Below the pieces are notes generated by a model. It was not told the origin of the DNA and ran no database searches. It saw nothing but the letters and a program-made list of their open reading frames with translations. This document shows, piece after piece, positions 1 to 9,989 of a stretch of DNA of 64,000 bases; positions within the stretch are counted from its first letter, which is position 1, and each line of letters opens with the position of its first letter. Location: positions 224,001 through 288,000 of the forward strand of contig CAWJAX010000003.1 in the NCBI GenBank assembly GCA_963841015.1, given 5' to 3'. This DNA comes from an uncultured Methanoregulaceae archaeon. GTDB lineage: Archaea; Halobacteriota; Methanomicrobia; Methanomicrobiales; Methanospirillaceae. The position numbers and the translations under genes were made by a program.

Positions 1-71
1 ATGCCGGGCATCCCGCTAAGTGCCGACAGAACACGAATATGAGTGATAATCCTTTGATAATCTGTAAAAAA

Positions 72-524
72 TTAGCGCTCAATCAGATGGATATGCTCAT
101 CCGTCTTTTTTGCAAGCTCACTGCGACCCTGCAAACGGGCCACATCCGAAATGGCTTCGAGTACATGGACGGATTCTTCCAGAAATGAAAGAACATCGGC
201 AGGAAACATTTCAATCCCGTACTCATCCAGCATGGACGCAGCTATCTGGCGGTGATCGAGACCATTTTCCCGGAGTTCGATTACTTTTTTTGCAAATTTT
301 TTCTCGGGGCAACCGCATAACGGGGAGTCTTTGCAATCACAGCGGAGGAAGTCATTGAAAAAAGCGAGTATCTGTTCCCTCACGGCAAAATCGAGCGCAT
401 CATAATCAAGGCGCGACGAGAGGGTTTCAAGCATGGTCCCGGAAAATGCCAGTTCGGGAAGACGAAAACCTGCAAGCCGTTCTAATTTTTTTGCATGACG
501 AAATCGTGCCCGATCAGCGATCAA
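72..524 (-). CDS. DUF5814-like protein (resembles the C-terminal Cys domain of archaeal DEAD/DEAH helicases)
   Basis: 150 aa ORF with CDCKDSPLCGCPE Cys cluster; 4-nt overlap with the upstream ORF. Confidence 0.65.
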   Translation of the reverse strand: MIADRARFRHAKKLERLAGFRLPELAFSGTMLETLSSRLDYDALDFAVREQILAFFNDFLRCDCKDSPLCGCPEKKFAKKVIELRENGLDHRQIAASMLDEYGIEMFPADVLSFLEESVHVLEAISDVARLQGRSELAKKTDEHIHLIER

Positions 525-1153
525 TCCTCGTCTCCTACACCCTCATCAAAGTTTTTCAGTGAGGCCATCGCCTCCCCCATCCGCTCGCACTCGATAAGCC
601 ACTCATCAAAAAGGGTTGTCTGTTCAATATCATCTTTCACGTATTTACCACAGCAGGATGCTCCGTCAATGACACTGGCGCCGATATTGGCAGCTGACTC
701 GAGTGCCTGCTCCATATCCTTCTCAATATCATCCCTGCCCTTCTTGACAAGGGTTTTGATATCTTTGTTAAATCCACCGGCAAGGTACAATCTGCAGGAA
801 GCAAAGAGCACAAGTTTGGGGAGCTGCAGGATCTCAACGATTTCTCCAAGATCTCCCTCGGGGGCAGCTGACATTACAATCATTTCAACCTGCGAGAGCT
901 TGTCAACCGCTTCTTCAAAAGTATACCGTTTGTTCTGGTAAAGCTTGATGATCTTTAATACCGATATGGTGATATCAACTGAGAAACTGTCAAGAACCCG
1001 GAATCCTTCAGGCAGCTCCTCGCTTTTGGGATCAGCTTCGAAGCTCGATTCTTTGAGAGTTTTCAACCAGTTGTCCCAGCGTTCCTGATTGTAAAAAATA
1101 TAAAACAACTTGAGCGGTTCAGCTTCTGTTTTTTTACCTGCCTTTTTTGCCAT
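521..1153 (-). CDS. DUF2150-like conserved archaeal protein
   Basis: 210 aa acidic ORF with FYNQERWDNW motif typical of this euryarchaeal family. Confidence 0.65.
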   Translation of the reverse strand: MAKKAGKKTEAEPLKLFYIFYNQERWDNWLKTLKESSFEADPKSEELPEGFRVLDSFSVDITISVLKIIKLYQNKRYTFEEAVDKLSQVEMIVMSAAPEGDLGEIVEILQLPKLVLFASCRLYLAGGFNKDIKTLVKKGRDDIEKDMEQALESAANIGASVIDGASCCGKYVKDDIEQTTLFDEWLIECERMGEAMASLKNFDEGVGDED

Positions 1154-1314
1154 TTCAGTACACTATTCGTTTGTGAAATTAAAGGATTTCGTTGTCCATC
1201 CCTGTTGAGATCGTTTTTTTTGTAAATATCCTTTCATTATTGCCCTATTCACGCGGTTGATCTGATACCACGAATGGTTATCACCCCAGACCTTCTATAC
1301 TACTGAAAACAGGG

Positions 1315-2517
1315 GTGAGAAAAATGATTACCAGGGAAAAACTCGTGATGGTGCGATATGGGGAATTATTCTTAAAAAGCGAGGCGGTAAAGCGCCATTT
1401 TATCGGAATGCTGCTCCGGAATATTGGAAAAGCACTCTCTGCTTCCGATCTTACCTGTCACTACGAAACCCCCCGCGGGCGCATCCTCATCTACGGTGAT
1501 TACCCGGAAAAGATCGCTGAGGTGGTATCCCGGATTTTCGGTCTTGTTGATGTGAGCATCTGTACCCGTACAAGCACCCGGCTTGAAGACATATGCACAG
1601 AAGCGATCTCTCTTGCATCAGAAAATCTGCATGAGGGAATGAGTTTTGCGGTCAGGGCAAAACGGCAGCAGAAAACCGGCCCGAACAGCCAGGAACTTGG
1701 TACCCTTATCGGTTCTGCCATCTACGATCACATCCCGGGTCTGTGTGTCGATCTGGATAACCCGGAGTATGAAATCTTCGTCGAAATCCGGGACTTCGGG
1801 GGGCTTGTATACGATTCGAGGATATCAGCACCCGGGGGTTTGCCCTGGGGCACGCAGGGCAGGGTGCTTGCATTACTTTCATCCGGTATTGATTCACCGG
1901 TCGCTTCCTGGCTGATGATGAAACGCGGGTGCGAGATCACCCACCTGCACCTGGATACCGGCCGGTGGGCGGGAAAGGATGTCACCCTGGCAGCGATAGA
2001 GAATCATCGCAGGCTCTCGCGCTGGTGTTACGGAAATCCTCTTTCTCTGGTGATCGCAAACAGTGAAGTTCTTTATGATCGCATGGACCAGCTTCGCATC
2101 CCGCCGCGCTATCGCTGTGTGATCTGCAAGCGTTTTATGCAACGGGTGGCAGGCAATCTGATGGAAAAAGAAGGAGCGCTCGCTATCGTGACAGGCGAGA
2201 ATCTCGGACAGGTGGCTTCCCAGACGCTTGCCAACCTGACGGTCATTTCAGAAGCGGTTACAGTACCTGTCTTACGTCCACTCATAACCTACGACAAGGA
2301 AGAAACCATCACCCTTGCCCGCAGGATTGGAACCTTTGATGCTCATCCGGGAGATCTTGTGTGCCGGGCTGTGCCGAATATGCCGGCAACTGCTGCAGTG
2401 CTTGAGACGATAAAAGAGAACGAGCAGAAGATGGACATTGACGGGATTGTCAGAAAATCACTTTCTGACCTGCGGTTTGTAACTGCATTAAATTGCGAGA
2501 TCGTCACAGAAGCCTGA
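1315..2517 (+). CDS. thiI: tRNA 4-thiouridine synthase ThiI (archaeal CxxC type)
   Basis: N-terminal VRYGELFLKS, THUMP domain, PP-loop SSGIDSPV, CVIC, TGENLGQVASQT; no rhodanese domain. Confidence 0.95.
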   Translation: MRKMITREKLVMVRYGELFLKSEAVKRHFIGMLLRNIGKALSASDLTCHYETPRGRILIYGDYPEKIAEVVSRIFGLVDVSICTRTSTRLEDICTEAISLASENLHEGMSFAVRAKRQQKTGPNSQELGTLIGSAIYDHIPGLCVDLDNPEYEIFVEIRDFGGLVYDSRISAPGGLPWGTQGRVLALLSSGIDSPVASWLMMKRGCEITHLHLDTGRWAGKDVTLAAIENHRRLSRWCYGNPLSLVIANSEVLYDRMDQLRIPPRYRCVICKRFMQRVAGNLMEKEGALAIVTGENLGQVASQTLANLTVISEAVTVPVLRPLITYDKEETITLARRIGTFDAHPGDLVCRAVPNMPATAAVLETIKENEQKMDIDGIVRKSLSDLRFVTALNCEIVTEA

Positions 2518-2620
2518 AAAACAATTTTTTTCGCAAAGAAGAGTATCTTTTTCTCGTTATTTCCGGTTTCGGGAAATACCATCTCCGGATACAAAAAATA
2601 TTCCTCCGGGTACCCGTCCA

Positions 2621-4720
2621 TCATTCTTTTCGTTGAAGTGCGATTTCCCGATTTTCCCGCGCCTCGGTGAAATCCGGGTTGATATCCAGAGCCTTGTCAT
2701 ATGAAGCAATAGCATCAGAATACTCTCCCGTTTTGAACTGTCCGAATCCCCGGGCGTACCACGCGTTGGCATCATGGGGATTGAGAGAAATCGCCCGGTC
2801 AAACGAATCAATCCCTTCAATATACTGTCCCATCGAATAGAGCACGAATCCCCGGGCGTACCACGCTTTTGCATCATCCGGGTTGAGAGCAATTGCCTTA
2901 TCAAACGAGGCTATAGCTTCGGCATACCTGCCCAGGTTGCCTAATGCATATCCGAGGTTGTTCCACGCATCAGCACAATCCGGGCTGATAGCGATCGCTT
3001 TCTCATGAGCGGTAATTGCTTCTGAATACCAGCCAAGATGATGGAGGGAGACCCCGCGCTTATTCCATGCATCGGTGGAAACCGGGTTGACGGCAATCGC
3101 CTTATCGTACGAAGCAATTGCATCAAGGTACCTTCCGAGTTTATCCAGCGTGTTGCCGCGGTTAATCCACATACCTGCATTATTCGGGTTCAGGGTAATC
3201 GCCTTATAATACGAGGAAACGGCATCAGTATACCGGCCAAGTTTATCCAGGGCTGCTCCCCGGTTATTCCAGAAGTCGGCATCATCCGGATTAAGAGCAA
3301 TCGCTGCATCAAAAGAGTCAACAGCTTCTAAATACCGGCCGAGATTATCCAGTGCAATTCCACGGATGTTCCATGCCTTATCACCATCCGGATTGATGGC
3401 AATTGCCCTGTCGCAGGATTCAACAGCTTCTAAATACCGGCCGAGATTAACCAATGCATTTCCCCGGTTGTCCCATATTTCGTTGCTATCCGGCACAAGA
3501 ATGAGAGCATTATCATACGAGGAAACGGCTTCGGAATACCGGCCGAGTTTATGCAGTGTCATTCCCCGCTTATTCCACGCATCAGTGGAATCCGGGTCAA
3601 GGGCAAGCACTTTGTCGTATGAGTCGACTGCTTCAGAATACCGGCCGAGGGTATCCAGTGCGACTCCACGGTTGTTCCATGCATCTGCATAATCCGAATT
3701 GAAGGTAACTGCCTTGTCATACGAGAAAACAGCTTCAGAATACCGGCCAAGATTATCGAGTGCAACCCCACGGTTGTTCCATGCCTCAGCGTAATCCGGC
3801 TCGAGGGTAACTGCCTTGTCATACGAGGTAACAGCTTCAGAATACCGGCCAAGATTATCGAGTGCAACCCCACGGTTGTTCCATGCCTCAGCGTAATCCG
3901 GGTCGAGGAGAATTGCCTCCTGATACGAGCTGACAGCTTCAAAATACCGGCCAAGTTTATCCAGCGCAACACCGCGGTTATTCCATGCTGCGGTGTCATT
4001 GGGAGAAAGTTCAATAGCCTTATCAAAAGAGTCGACTGCTTCAGAATACCGGCCAACATTATCGAGCATGTTTCCAAGGTTAATCCACGCATTCGCGTCA
4101 TCAGGGTTACTGTCAACCCGTGTGTTACAGACTTCGACTTCATCGGAATATGTACCGGTTTGCCTGAGTGCGTTTCTGCGGTTGTTCCACGCGGTAGTGT
4201 AATCCGGGCTGATGTCCATTGCTTTGTCGTAAAAGCTTACAGCTTCTGTGTACAGGTCGAGATACTCCTGTGCAACGCCGCGGTTGTTCCATGCAACCGC
4301 GTTATTTGGATTAAGGATAGTCGCCCTTTCGTAAGAGGCTCCCGCTTCAGAATACCGGCCGAGATGAACGAGCGTGTTTCCATGGTTGATCCAGACCTCA
4401 TGATTTTTTGGGTTGAGGAGAATTGCCTTGTCATACGATACAACCGCTTCGGAATACCGGCCAAGAGTGTCCAGTGCAACCCCACGGTTGTTCCATGCCT
4501 CAGCGTAATCCGGATTGATCGAAATTGCCTGGTCATAGGAGGAGACTGCTTCGGAAGATCTCCCAAGATTATCCAGTACAACACCGCGATTGTTCCATGC
4601 CACCGCATTCGAGGGGTTTAGGGCAATTGCCTTGTCATACGATTCGACCGCTTCGGAATACTGATCGAGTCCGGCAAAATTATTGCCTTCATTGATAAAC
4701 TGACTAGCTCGATCCCGCAT
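2621..4720 (-). CDS. Tetratricopeptide repeat protein (~20 TPRs)
   Basis: 34-aa period AWNNRGVALxxLGRYSEAVxSYDKAI throughout 699 aa. Confidence 0.95.
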   Translation of the reverse strand: MRDRASQFINEGNNFAGLDQYSEAVESYDKAIALNPSNAVAWNNRGVVLDNLGRSSEAVSSYDQAISINPDYAEAWNNRGVALDTLGRYSEAVVSYDKAILLNPKNHEVWINHGNTLVHLGRYSEAGASYERATILNPNNAVAWNNRGVAQEYLDLYTEAVSFYDKAMDISPDYTTAWNNRRNALRQTGTYSDEVEVCNTRVDSNPDDANAWINLGNMLDNVGRYSEAVDSFDKAIELSPNDTAAWNNRGVALDKLGRYFEAVSSYQEAILLDPDYAEAWNNRGVALDNLGRYSEAVTSYDKAVTLEPDYAEAWNNRGVALDNLGRYSEAVFSYDKAVTFNSDYADAWNNRGVALDTLGRYSEAVDSYDKVLALDPDSTDAWNKRGMTLHKLGRYSEAVSSYDNALILVPDSNEIWDNRGNALVNLGRYLEAVESCDRAIAINPDGDKAWNIRGIALDNLGRYLEAVDSFDAAIALNPDDADFWNNRGAALDKLGRYTDAVSSYYKAITLNPNNAGMWINRGNTLDKLGRYLDAIASYDKAIAVNPVSTDAWNKRGVSLHHLGWYSEAITAHEKAIAISPDCADAWNNLGYALGNLGRYAEAIASFDKAIALNPDDAKAWYARGFVLYSMGQYIEGIDSFDRAISLNPHDANAWYARGFGQFKTGEYSDAIASYDKALDINPDFTEARENREIALQRKE
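3703..3908. repeat. Near-identical 102-bp tandem units inside the TPR gene
   Basis: ggtaactgccttgtcatacgag...gaataccggccaagattatcgagtgcaaccccacggttgttccatgcctcagcgtaatccgg occurs twice in tandem; more diverged units flank it. Confidence 0.85.
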
Positions 4721-4927
4721 GAAATAGAATATGTTATTCAGCTAATCACTGTTGCGATTCATTTCTGAACGATAGTATCCCAGTCATGATTATGTTGTGG
4801 ATTGGGAGACATTTTCTGGTACAATCCCTGTCAATCTCAATGACGGTCACACAATAGTGTAAATTGAATGCGAATCAGGATTAATCCGGAGCAGTAAGGA
4901 AAAAATTCACCATGTACAAATAAATGT

Positions 4928-6406
4928 TCAGAGGAGTTTCTCTGTATAGCGGATTACTTCTTTGAGTGCCTTGACCCGGGCATACCATTTATTGTCCGAC
5001 TCAATAACAATCCACGGGGCATAGGGAGTGTTGGTACGGGCCAGCATCTCATCAACCGCAACATCATAGAGATCCCATTTCTCCCGGTTTCTCCAGTCAT
5101 CTTCAGTTATTTTGTATTGCTTGAGGGGATCCTTCTCCCGCTGGCTGAACCGTTTGAGTTGTTCATCCTTATCTATCTCAAGCCAGAACTTGACCATTCC
5201 CCCGCCACTGCTCTCGACATAGTCCTGCTCCATTTCGTTTATTTCCTGGTACGCCCGTTCCCACTCGGTTTCCGAACAGAACCCTTCCACACGTTCAACC
5301 AGGACACGCCCGTACCAGCTCCGGTCATAGATTGCAAAATGCCCGGCTTTCGGGTAGTGACGGATAAACCTCCAGAGGTAGTGGTGTTCTTTCTCATAGT
5401 CATTTGGTGCTGCTACCGGTATAACATCATATCCCAGCGGGTTGATATAACGGGCAAGACGGGTGATATTCCCTCCTTTTCCGGCAGCATCCCAACCCTC
5501 ATAGACAATGATGAACGGAATTTTCCGTTTAAAGAGCAGGTAATTGATCTCAAGCATCTCGATCTGCAGGCCGTTGAGCATATTCTGACAGTCTTCTTTT
5601 GAATAAGATACACTGACAGAAGATTTTCTCGGGACAGGATTTTTCGGAGGCTTGGAAATACTTTTCTGCCGTGCCTTTTTTGCCCGCTCTTCTGTTTCAA
5701 AAGCAACTCTTTTTTCGAGCGTTTTTACTAATATTGAATATACCCTGAAAATGGTATACTTCCTGTCGGTGGATTCGATAACATGCCAGGGTGCATAATC
5801 GGTATCGGTCTTTTCAATGAATTCATCAATAATCGGAAGATAGGTATCATAACTGTGATGGAAATCCCAGATACTTGGTGTCACCAGCCAGGCAGTAAGC
5901 GGGTTCCTCTCACGCTCCAGTAACCTGAGTTTCTGTTCGTCTTTGCTGATATGTAAAAAGAATTTGACGATAATTGCACCGCTGTCACTCAGCTGGCGTT
6001 CAAAAACCGATATGGAATTAATCTCATCCTTGAGCGATTTTTTCCAGCCGATGCTGGATAGTTTTTCTGCAAGTGCCCTGCTGTACCAGCTGCGGGCAAA
6101 AAGGGCAATTCGCCCTTTTGAAGGAGTTTTTACCCAGAATCTCCACATGAAAGGGCGTGCCCGTTCTTCATCTGTGGCTTTATCGGTTGCATGAAGGGTA
6201 AACCCACGGGGATCTAGAGACTGGATAATCTCCCTGGTGGCCATGGTAATCCCGGCAGCATTCCAGCCTTCGATGACAATTATGGTGGGGATCTTCAGAT
6301 CGCGAAGTGTTCGCTGGAGGACGCTGAGGCGCTCTTTTAACGGGGGCAGGGATTCATCAAAAGTCTTATCATCAATAGTTTTTGTTAAATCATATTTTTC
6401 AAACAT
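4928..6406 (-). CDS. ppk2: Two-domain polyphosphate kinase 2 (polyphosphate:AMP phosphotransferase type)
   Basis: Two PPK2 domains: degenerate EGWNAAG/ARSWY and intact EGWDAAGKGG/DRSWYGR. Confidence 0.9.
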   Translation of the reverse strand: MFEKYDLTKTIDDKTFDESLPPLKERLSVLQRTLRDLKIPTIIVIEGWNAAGITMATREIIQSLDPRGFTLHATDKATDEERARPFMWRFWVKTPSKGRIALFARSWYSRALAEKLSSIGWKKSLKDEINSISVFERQLSDSGAIIVKFFLHISKDEQKLRLLERERNPLTAWLVTPSIWDFHHSYDTYLPIIDEFIEKTDTDYAPWHVIESTDRKYTIFRVYSILVKTLEKRVAFETEERAKKARQKSISKPPKNPVPRKSSVSVSYSKEDCQNMLNGLQIEMLEINYLLFKRKIPFIIVYEGWDAAGKGGNITRLARYINPLGYDVIPVAAPNDYEKEHHYLWRFIRHYPKAGHFAIYDRSWYGRVLVERVEGFCSETEWERAYQEINEMEQDYVESSGGGMVKFWLEIDKDEQLKRFSQREKDPLKQYKITEDDWRNREKWDLYDVAVDEMLARTNTPYAPWIVIESDNKWYARVKALKEVIRYTEKLL

Positions 6407-6527
6407 CCGTCCCCCTCAGGCACTCACAAGAATCAGAATACCTTTGATTAACAAACGAATCGTAGGGCATGACAGGTATTAAACCCTACCTGAATAGTAT
6501 CAGGGGGGGAATTTTTACTTTGAAAAA

Positions 6528-7709
6528 TTATGTATTGAGAGAAAGACCATTCTCAGTCGCGATGGTGACAAAGGCATCGGCAAGGAACGCTGCCTGTTTT
6601 GTTGTTGCCCCGTACGTGTTGAATTTCCAGACTTTCGTTGCGCCGGGAATTACCCCGACAATGCCTTTTTCTTCGAGTGCACCTGAGAAATAAAATCCCC
6701 TCTTTTTGTGGGATTCTGCCACTTTATCAAAAGATGCAATAGTATCTACCCGTGTCAGGGTGTGTTTCCGTGGGTATTCCGAAAGGATCTTTGTACCTGT
6801 AACGGACAGAAGGGCTTCAAGAACAACGCGGTTGTTTTCCAGTTCACGGTCAAAGTGCTTCACCCGTTCCTTCACGTGCGGGAACGAGGCCATCATTCCG
6901 ACAAGTGTTGCGCCCATCAGCGTGCAGCCCATCATCTCCGGTTCCTTGATACCGAACTTCCGTTTTGTCACATCACCTTCAATTCCCGTAGTGCGAAAAA
7001 CTTCCGCAGCTCGTTCCTTTGTCGCGGCAAGGATACCGGACGGAGCCGGGGCTGCCATACTCTTGTGCCCGGAGCCGACAATGAAATCCACACCGAGATC
7101 TTTGCCATCGACCGGGAGGATCCCGACCGTGTATGCACCATTGTACAGGACAGGAATGTCGTATTGATGGGCCACTTTTGTGATCGCTTTTACCTCATGC
7201 ATGTTGCCATACTGGTAATCGATGTGGTCAATGAAGGCCAGAACAGGCGTCCTGCCTGACTCGCGTCGGACCTCTTCGATCTTTGTTGCTGTCGCATCAG
7301 CGGTAATCTTATGAGCGGTATCCTGGGGGATCTCACGAACGATACCCCCGGTTCCTTCGATGGCAAGGAATTCGGTATAGTGAGAAAGCGAAGTGAGAAG
7401 CACCGGATCTCCCTTCCTGACGTAGGTGTTAGCGACTGCCTGGAACCCGCGCCGGGCACCGGGTACTACACGGACTGCATCCATATTCAGCCATGCAGCA
7501 ACTTCCTGATGGAACCCGGCAATCGGAGGTTTGCTGATGTAATCGAGACGGTTGGGTTTGCGGCAGTTATCGCAGACAGAATAACCATCCCCATAAGCGA
7601 TGACAGCTTTCATTGCATCTGCAGTGAGCCTGCCCCCTGCCTGAATAGGATCAATATTTATGAAGAGTTCGTTGACCTGCCGCGCTTCTATTCCGGCTCC
7701 GCACCTCAT
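6528..7709 (-). CDS. pscS: O-phospho-L-seryl-tRNA:Cys-tRNA synthase (SepCysS)
   Basis: INIDPIQAGGRLT, GDGYSVCDNC, PLP lysine motif SGHKSM, EMMGCT. Confidence 0.95.
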   Translation of the reverse strand: MRCGAGIEARQVNELFINIDPIQAGGRLTADAMKAVIAYGDGYSVCDNCRKPNRLDYISKPPIAGFHQEVAAWLNMDAVRVVPGARRGFQAVANTYVRKGDPVLLTSLSHYTEFLAIEGTGGIVREIPQDTAHKITADATATKIEEVRRESGRTPVLAFIDHIDYQYGNMHEVKAITKVAHQYDIPVLYNGAYTVGILPVDGKDLGVDFIVGSGHKSMAAPAPSGILAATKERAAEVFRTTGIEGDVTKRKFGIKEPEMMGCTLMGATLVGMMASFPHVKERVKHFDRELENNRVVLEALLSVTGTKILSEYPRKHTLTRVDTIASFDKVAESHKKRGFYFSGALEEKGIVGVIPGATKVWKFNTYGATTKQAAFLADAFVTIATENGLSLNT

Positions 7710-7888
7710 TTCAGCATCTCCCGTTTCAAGGATGCAACCTGCCGTTCGAGATTTTCCAGCAGACGTTGTGCCTGGGTTCTCTGGGTTTCATCCATCGTGT
7801 GAGAGGGTGCGGTTTCTCGGAGGATTACCCGTAGGTCCGTAAGGGTATAGAGTGCCTGGAATGTCATGTCAACTGCCCTTTTTGACAA
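7706..7888 (-). CDS. Small helical protein coupled to pscS (SepCysSn / SepCysE N-domain-like candidate)
   Basis: 60 aa, TTG start, ATGA overlap with pscS start, SD-like AGGTGA upstream. Confidence 0.6.
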   Translation of the reverse strand: MSKRAVDMTFQALYTLTDLRVILRETAPSHTMDETQRTQAQRLLENLERQVASLKREMLK

Positions 7889-8087
7889 CGAATCACCTTA
7901 CTAGTATTGGGAAGACGATGAAATAAGTAACCACTATTGTTCCTTTTTAATTACGGGAGTTCGTCTGCAGGTTAGTGCTTATCCCGTGACTGGGAGGTAT
8001 CGTACTCAGGGAACATGCCCTCAAGAGCTTATTGGGTAATCAGAACCCCGGACTCAGGAAAACAGGTAAAAAATTACGAGAGGGGGA

Positions 8088-8657
8088 TCAGACAACAACA
8101 AACTGTCCCTGCATTGACGGATGGAGATCGCAGCGGAAGTAATAGATTCCCGGTATCGAAGGCGCGGTAAAAATATAGGTGATCTTATCAGGACCGGTAA
8201 TAATTTTGCCCTTGTAAATGGTTGAGGTCAGAGACGGGGTTGTATAGAAAGCCACATTATGTGGGGCACTGTCTTCATTTTCGAACTCAACAGTGACCTG
8301 CTTACCGGCAGAAACCGTGATCCGTGAAACATCAAACGCAAAGTTCCTGGCTTTTATCCTGACTCGTTCACTTCTGTCATCGGTCGATGTTGCCGTGGGA
8401 GTTCCTGGAGTGTTCGTTGATATACTGGTCTTTGACATACTAATAGTTCCCGTTGTCGTTGTTGTATCGATAGTTCCGGTAGTCACGACAGTGCCGGAAG
8501 TCAGGGTGATTACGGGGATGGTAACCATGGTTGTGGGCTCAGTCGTGACCGTGCCGGAGGTCTGGCTGGTGCATCCGGTAATCAGTATGGCTGCACTGAC
8601 AAGGCAAAGCAGCAGGATTATTCTGTTTCGGATTTCCATGCATGAACCTGTCATCAC
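8088..8657 (-). CDS. Cupredoxin (plastocyanin-like) lipoprotein
   Basis: Lipobox-like LITGC, Thr-rich linker, type-1 Cu ligands HNV...CDLHPSM. Confidence 0.85.
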   Translation of the reverse strand: MMTGSCMEIRNRIILLLCLVSAAILITGCTSQTSGTVTTEPTTMVTIPVITLTSGTVVTTGTIDTTTTTGTISMSKTSISTNTPGTPTATSTDDRSERVRIKARNFAFDVSRITVSAGKQVTVEFENEDSAPHNVAFYTTPSLTSTIYKGKIITGPDKITYIFTAPSIPGIYYFRCDLHPSMQGQFVVV

Positions 8658-8824
8658 TTGATACCTGTGAATTTCTGTTGGTCACAATTCTCTCATTTTT
8701 GACCGGGTTTGAGCGAAGGAGAACAGAGATGGATGTTCAGTGTGATTACGCCAATATCAACTGCAAAAAACATGCTGCAGTACTTGAGAAAAATATATCC
8801 TTGTTTGAATTAAATGGGAGAAAC

Positions 8825-9157
8825 ATGGGAAAAAAAACAATAAAAGAGAAACCACCCTTAGAATTACAATTTGATCATGTCAAAGATAAAATTACCGGAT
8901 GGGAGAAATACAGGAATGCAGGCTCGCAAATCGGGCCCTGGATTATGCTTTTATCAGGAGCATTGATCGCAACGGTCGGGTTCTTCAGTGCTATCTTTGG
9001 TGGCAGAACCACGATTGGAATCAGTGTCGGAATCATTGGTATCCTGATAATTATTGCTGCATGGGTCTGGTCGCGGAAGCGTTCAAAGGGTCAGAGGGAT
9101 GTTGAAGAAAAAATCCTCACTATGAAGGGCGACCTTGCTCTTCTTGAGAAGGAATGA
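8825..9157 (+). CDS. Hypothetical membrane protein (2 TM)
   Basis: Two hydrophobic helices; probable start MGKKTIKEK at 8825 rather than 8642, which would overlap the divergent gene. Confidence 0.55.
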   Translation: MGKKTIKEKPPLELQFDHVKDKITGWEKYRNAGSQIGPWIMLLSGALIATVGFFSAIFGGRTTIGISVGIIGILIIIAAWVWSRKRSKGQRDVEEKILTMKGDLALLEKE

Positions 9158-9233
9158 TGATAACCGGAAACTGATATCCCATTCGGTACCTGTAAGCGCA
9201 AAATACGCCCGGGAAGTTAAATAAATATTTTTT

Positions 9234-9698
9234 TTAGGTAATTATCCATGATGCTTCCTGATTTCCAAAACCGTAATAAAATGTTAGTTTTCCCTCATTT
9301 GTACTATCCTGATTTCCGTGAAGCTGATACAGGTTGGCCGATCCAGAACGCGATTCGCCAAAAGAGAGACCCTCTTCCGGGAGTTCTGGCAAATCATAGT
9401 GCACTCCATTCCCATCTACAACCCACATCCGGCTTATTGTGGCGATGGCTTTATCGCCAGTGTTTTTTGTTTCAAAAGACACGATTCGACTCGTTTCGTT
9501 AAAACCAGTCACGCGTACTGATTTTTTAAATCCTTTAAATTCAAAAATTGCGGTATCACCGATTTTCAGACCGGTACGGGATGGATCGGGTTGATGGGTC
9601 AATTGGATAGCTGATCCCTGAGAGGGAGTGGTAATGCACCCGGTAAAAAGAACCAGAACAATCAGGGAAAATCCTAAAACGAGAACCAGATATCGCAT
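9234..9698 (-). CDS. Hypothetical lipoprotein, DUF4352-like Ig fold
   Basis: Signal peptide ending FTGC; ETKNTGDK and VVDGNG motifs. Confidence 0.55.
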   Translation of the reverse strand: MRYLVLVLGFSLIVLVLFTGCITTPSQGSAIQLTHQPDPSRTGLKIGDTAIFEFKGFKKSVRVTGFNETSRIVSFETKNTGDKAIATISRMWVVDGNGVHYDLPELPEEGLSFGESRSGSANLYQLHGNQDSTNEGKLTFYYGFGNQEASWIIT

Positions 9699-9989
9699 GG
9701 TTTATCAATATTCAACTCGGGCTATTTAAAATATTTTTTTAGGGAAATTGTTTCCTGAAAGGACCATGATTCAAAAAAAGATTACGAGGAGGGTAAGAAA
9801 TGGTTTCAACGCGGGAACGGTATCTATGGTTGTACAGAATCTCTTCTTTTTTATAGTCGGGAATATTAAAAAAATAGACAACGTATTTCCCGGCCTGCGA
9901 CAAATTTTTCTCCTGACGTTTTAATGTATTAGTAAATAAAACTACACCAGAATATTTTATAATTCAGTGTAGCAGTTTCGGAGGTCTGA

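Noticed and set aside
2621-4720. Regular 102-bp periodicity as a CRISPR array or DGR
   Set aside because: In-frame TPR coding repeats; no unique spacers, cas genes or reverse transcriptase
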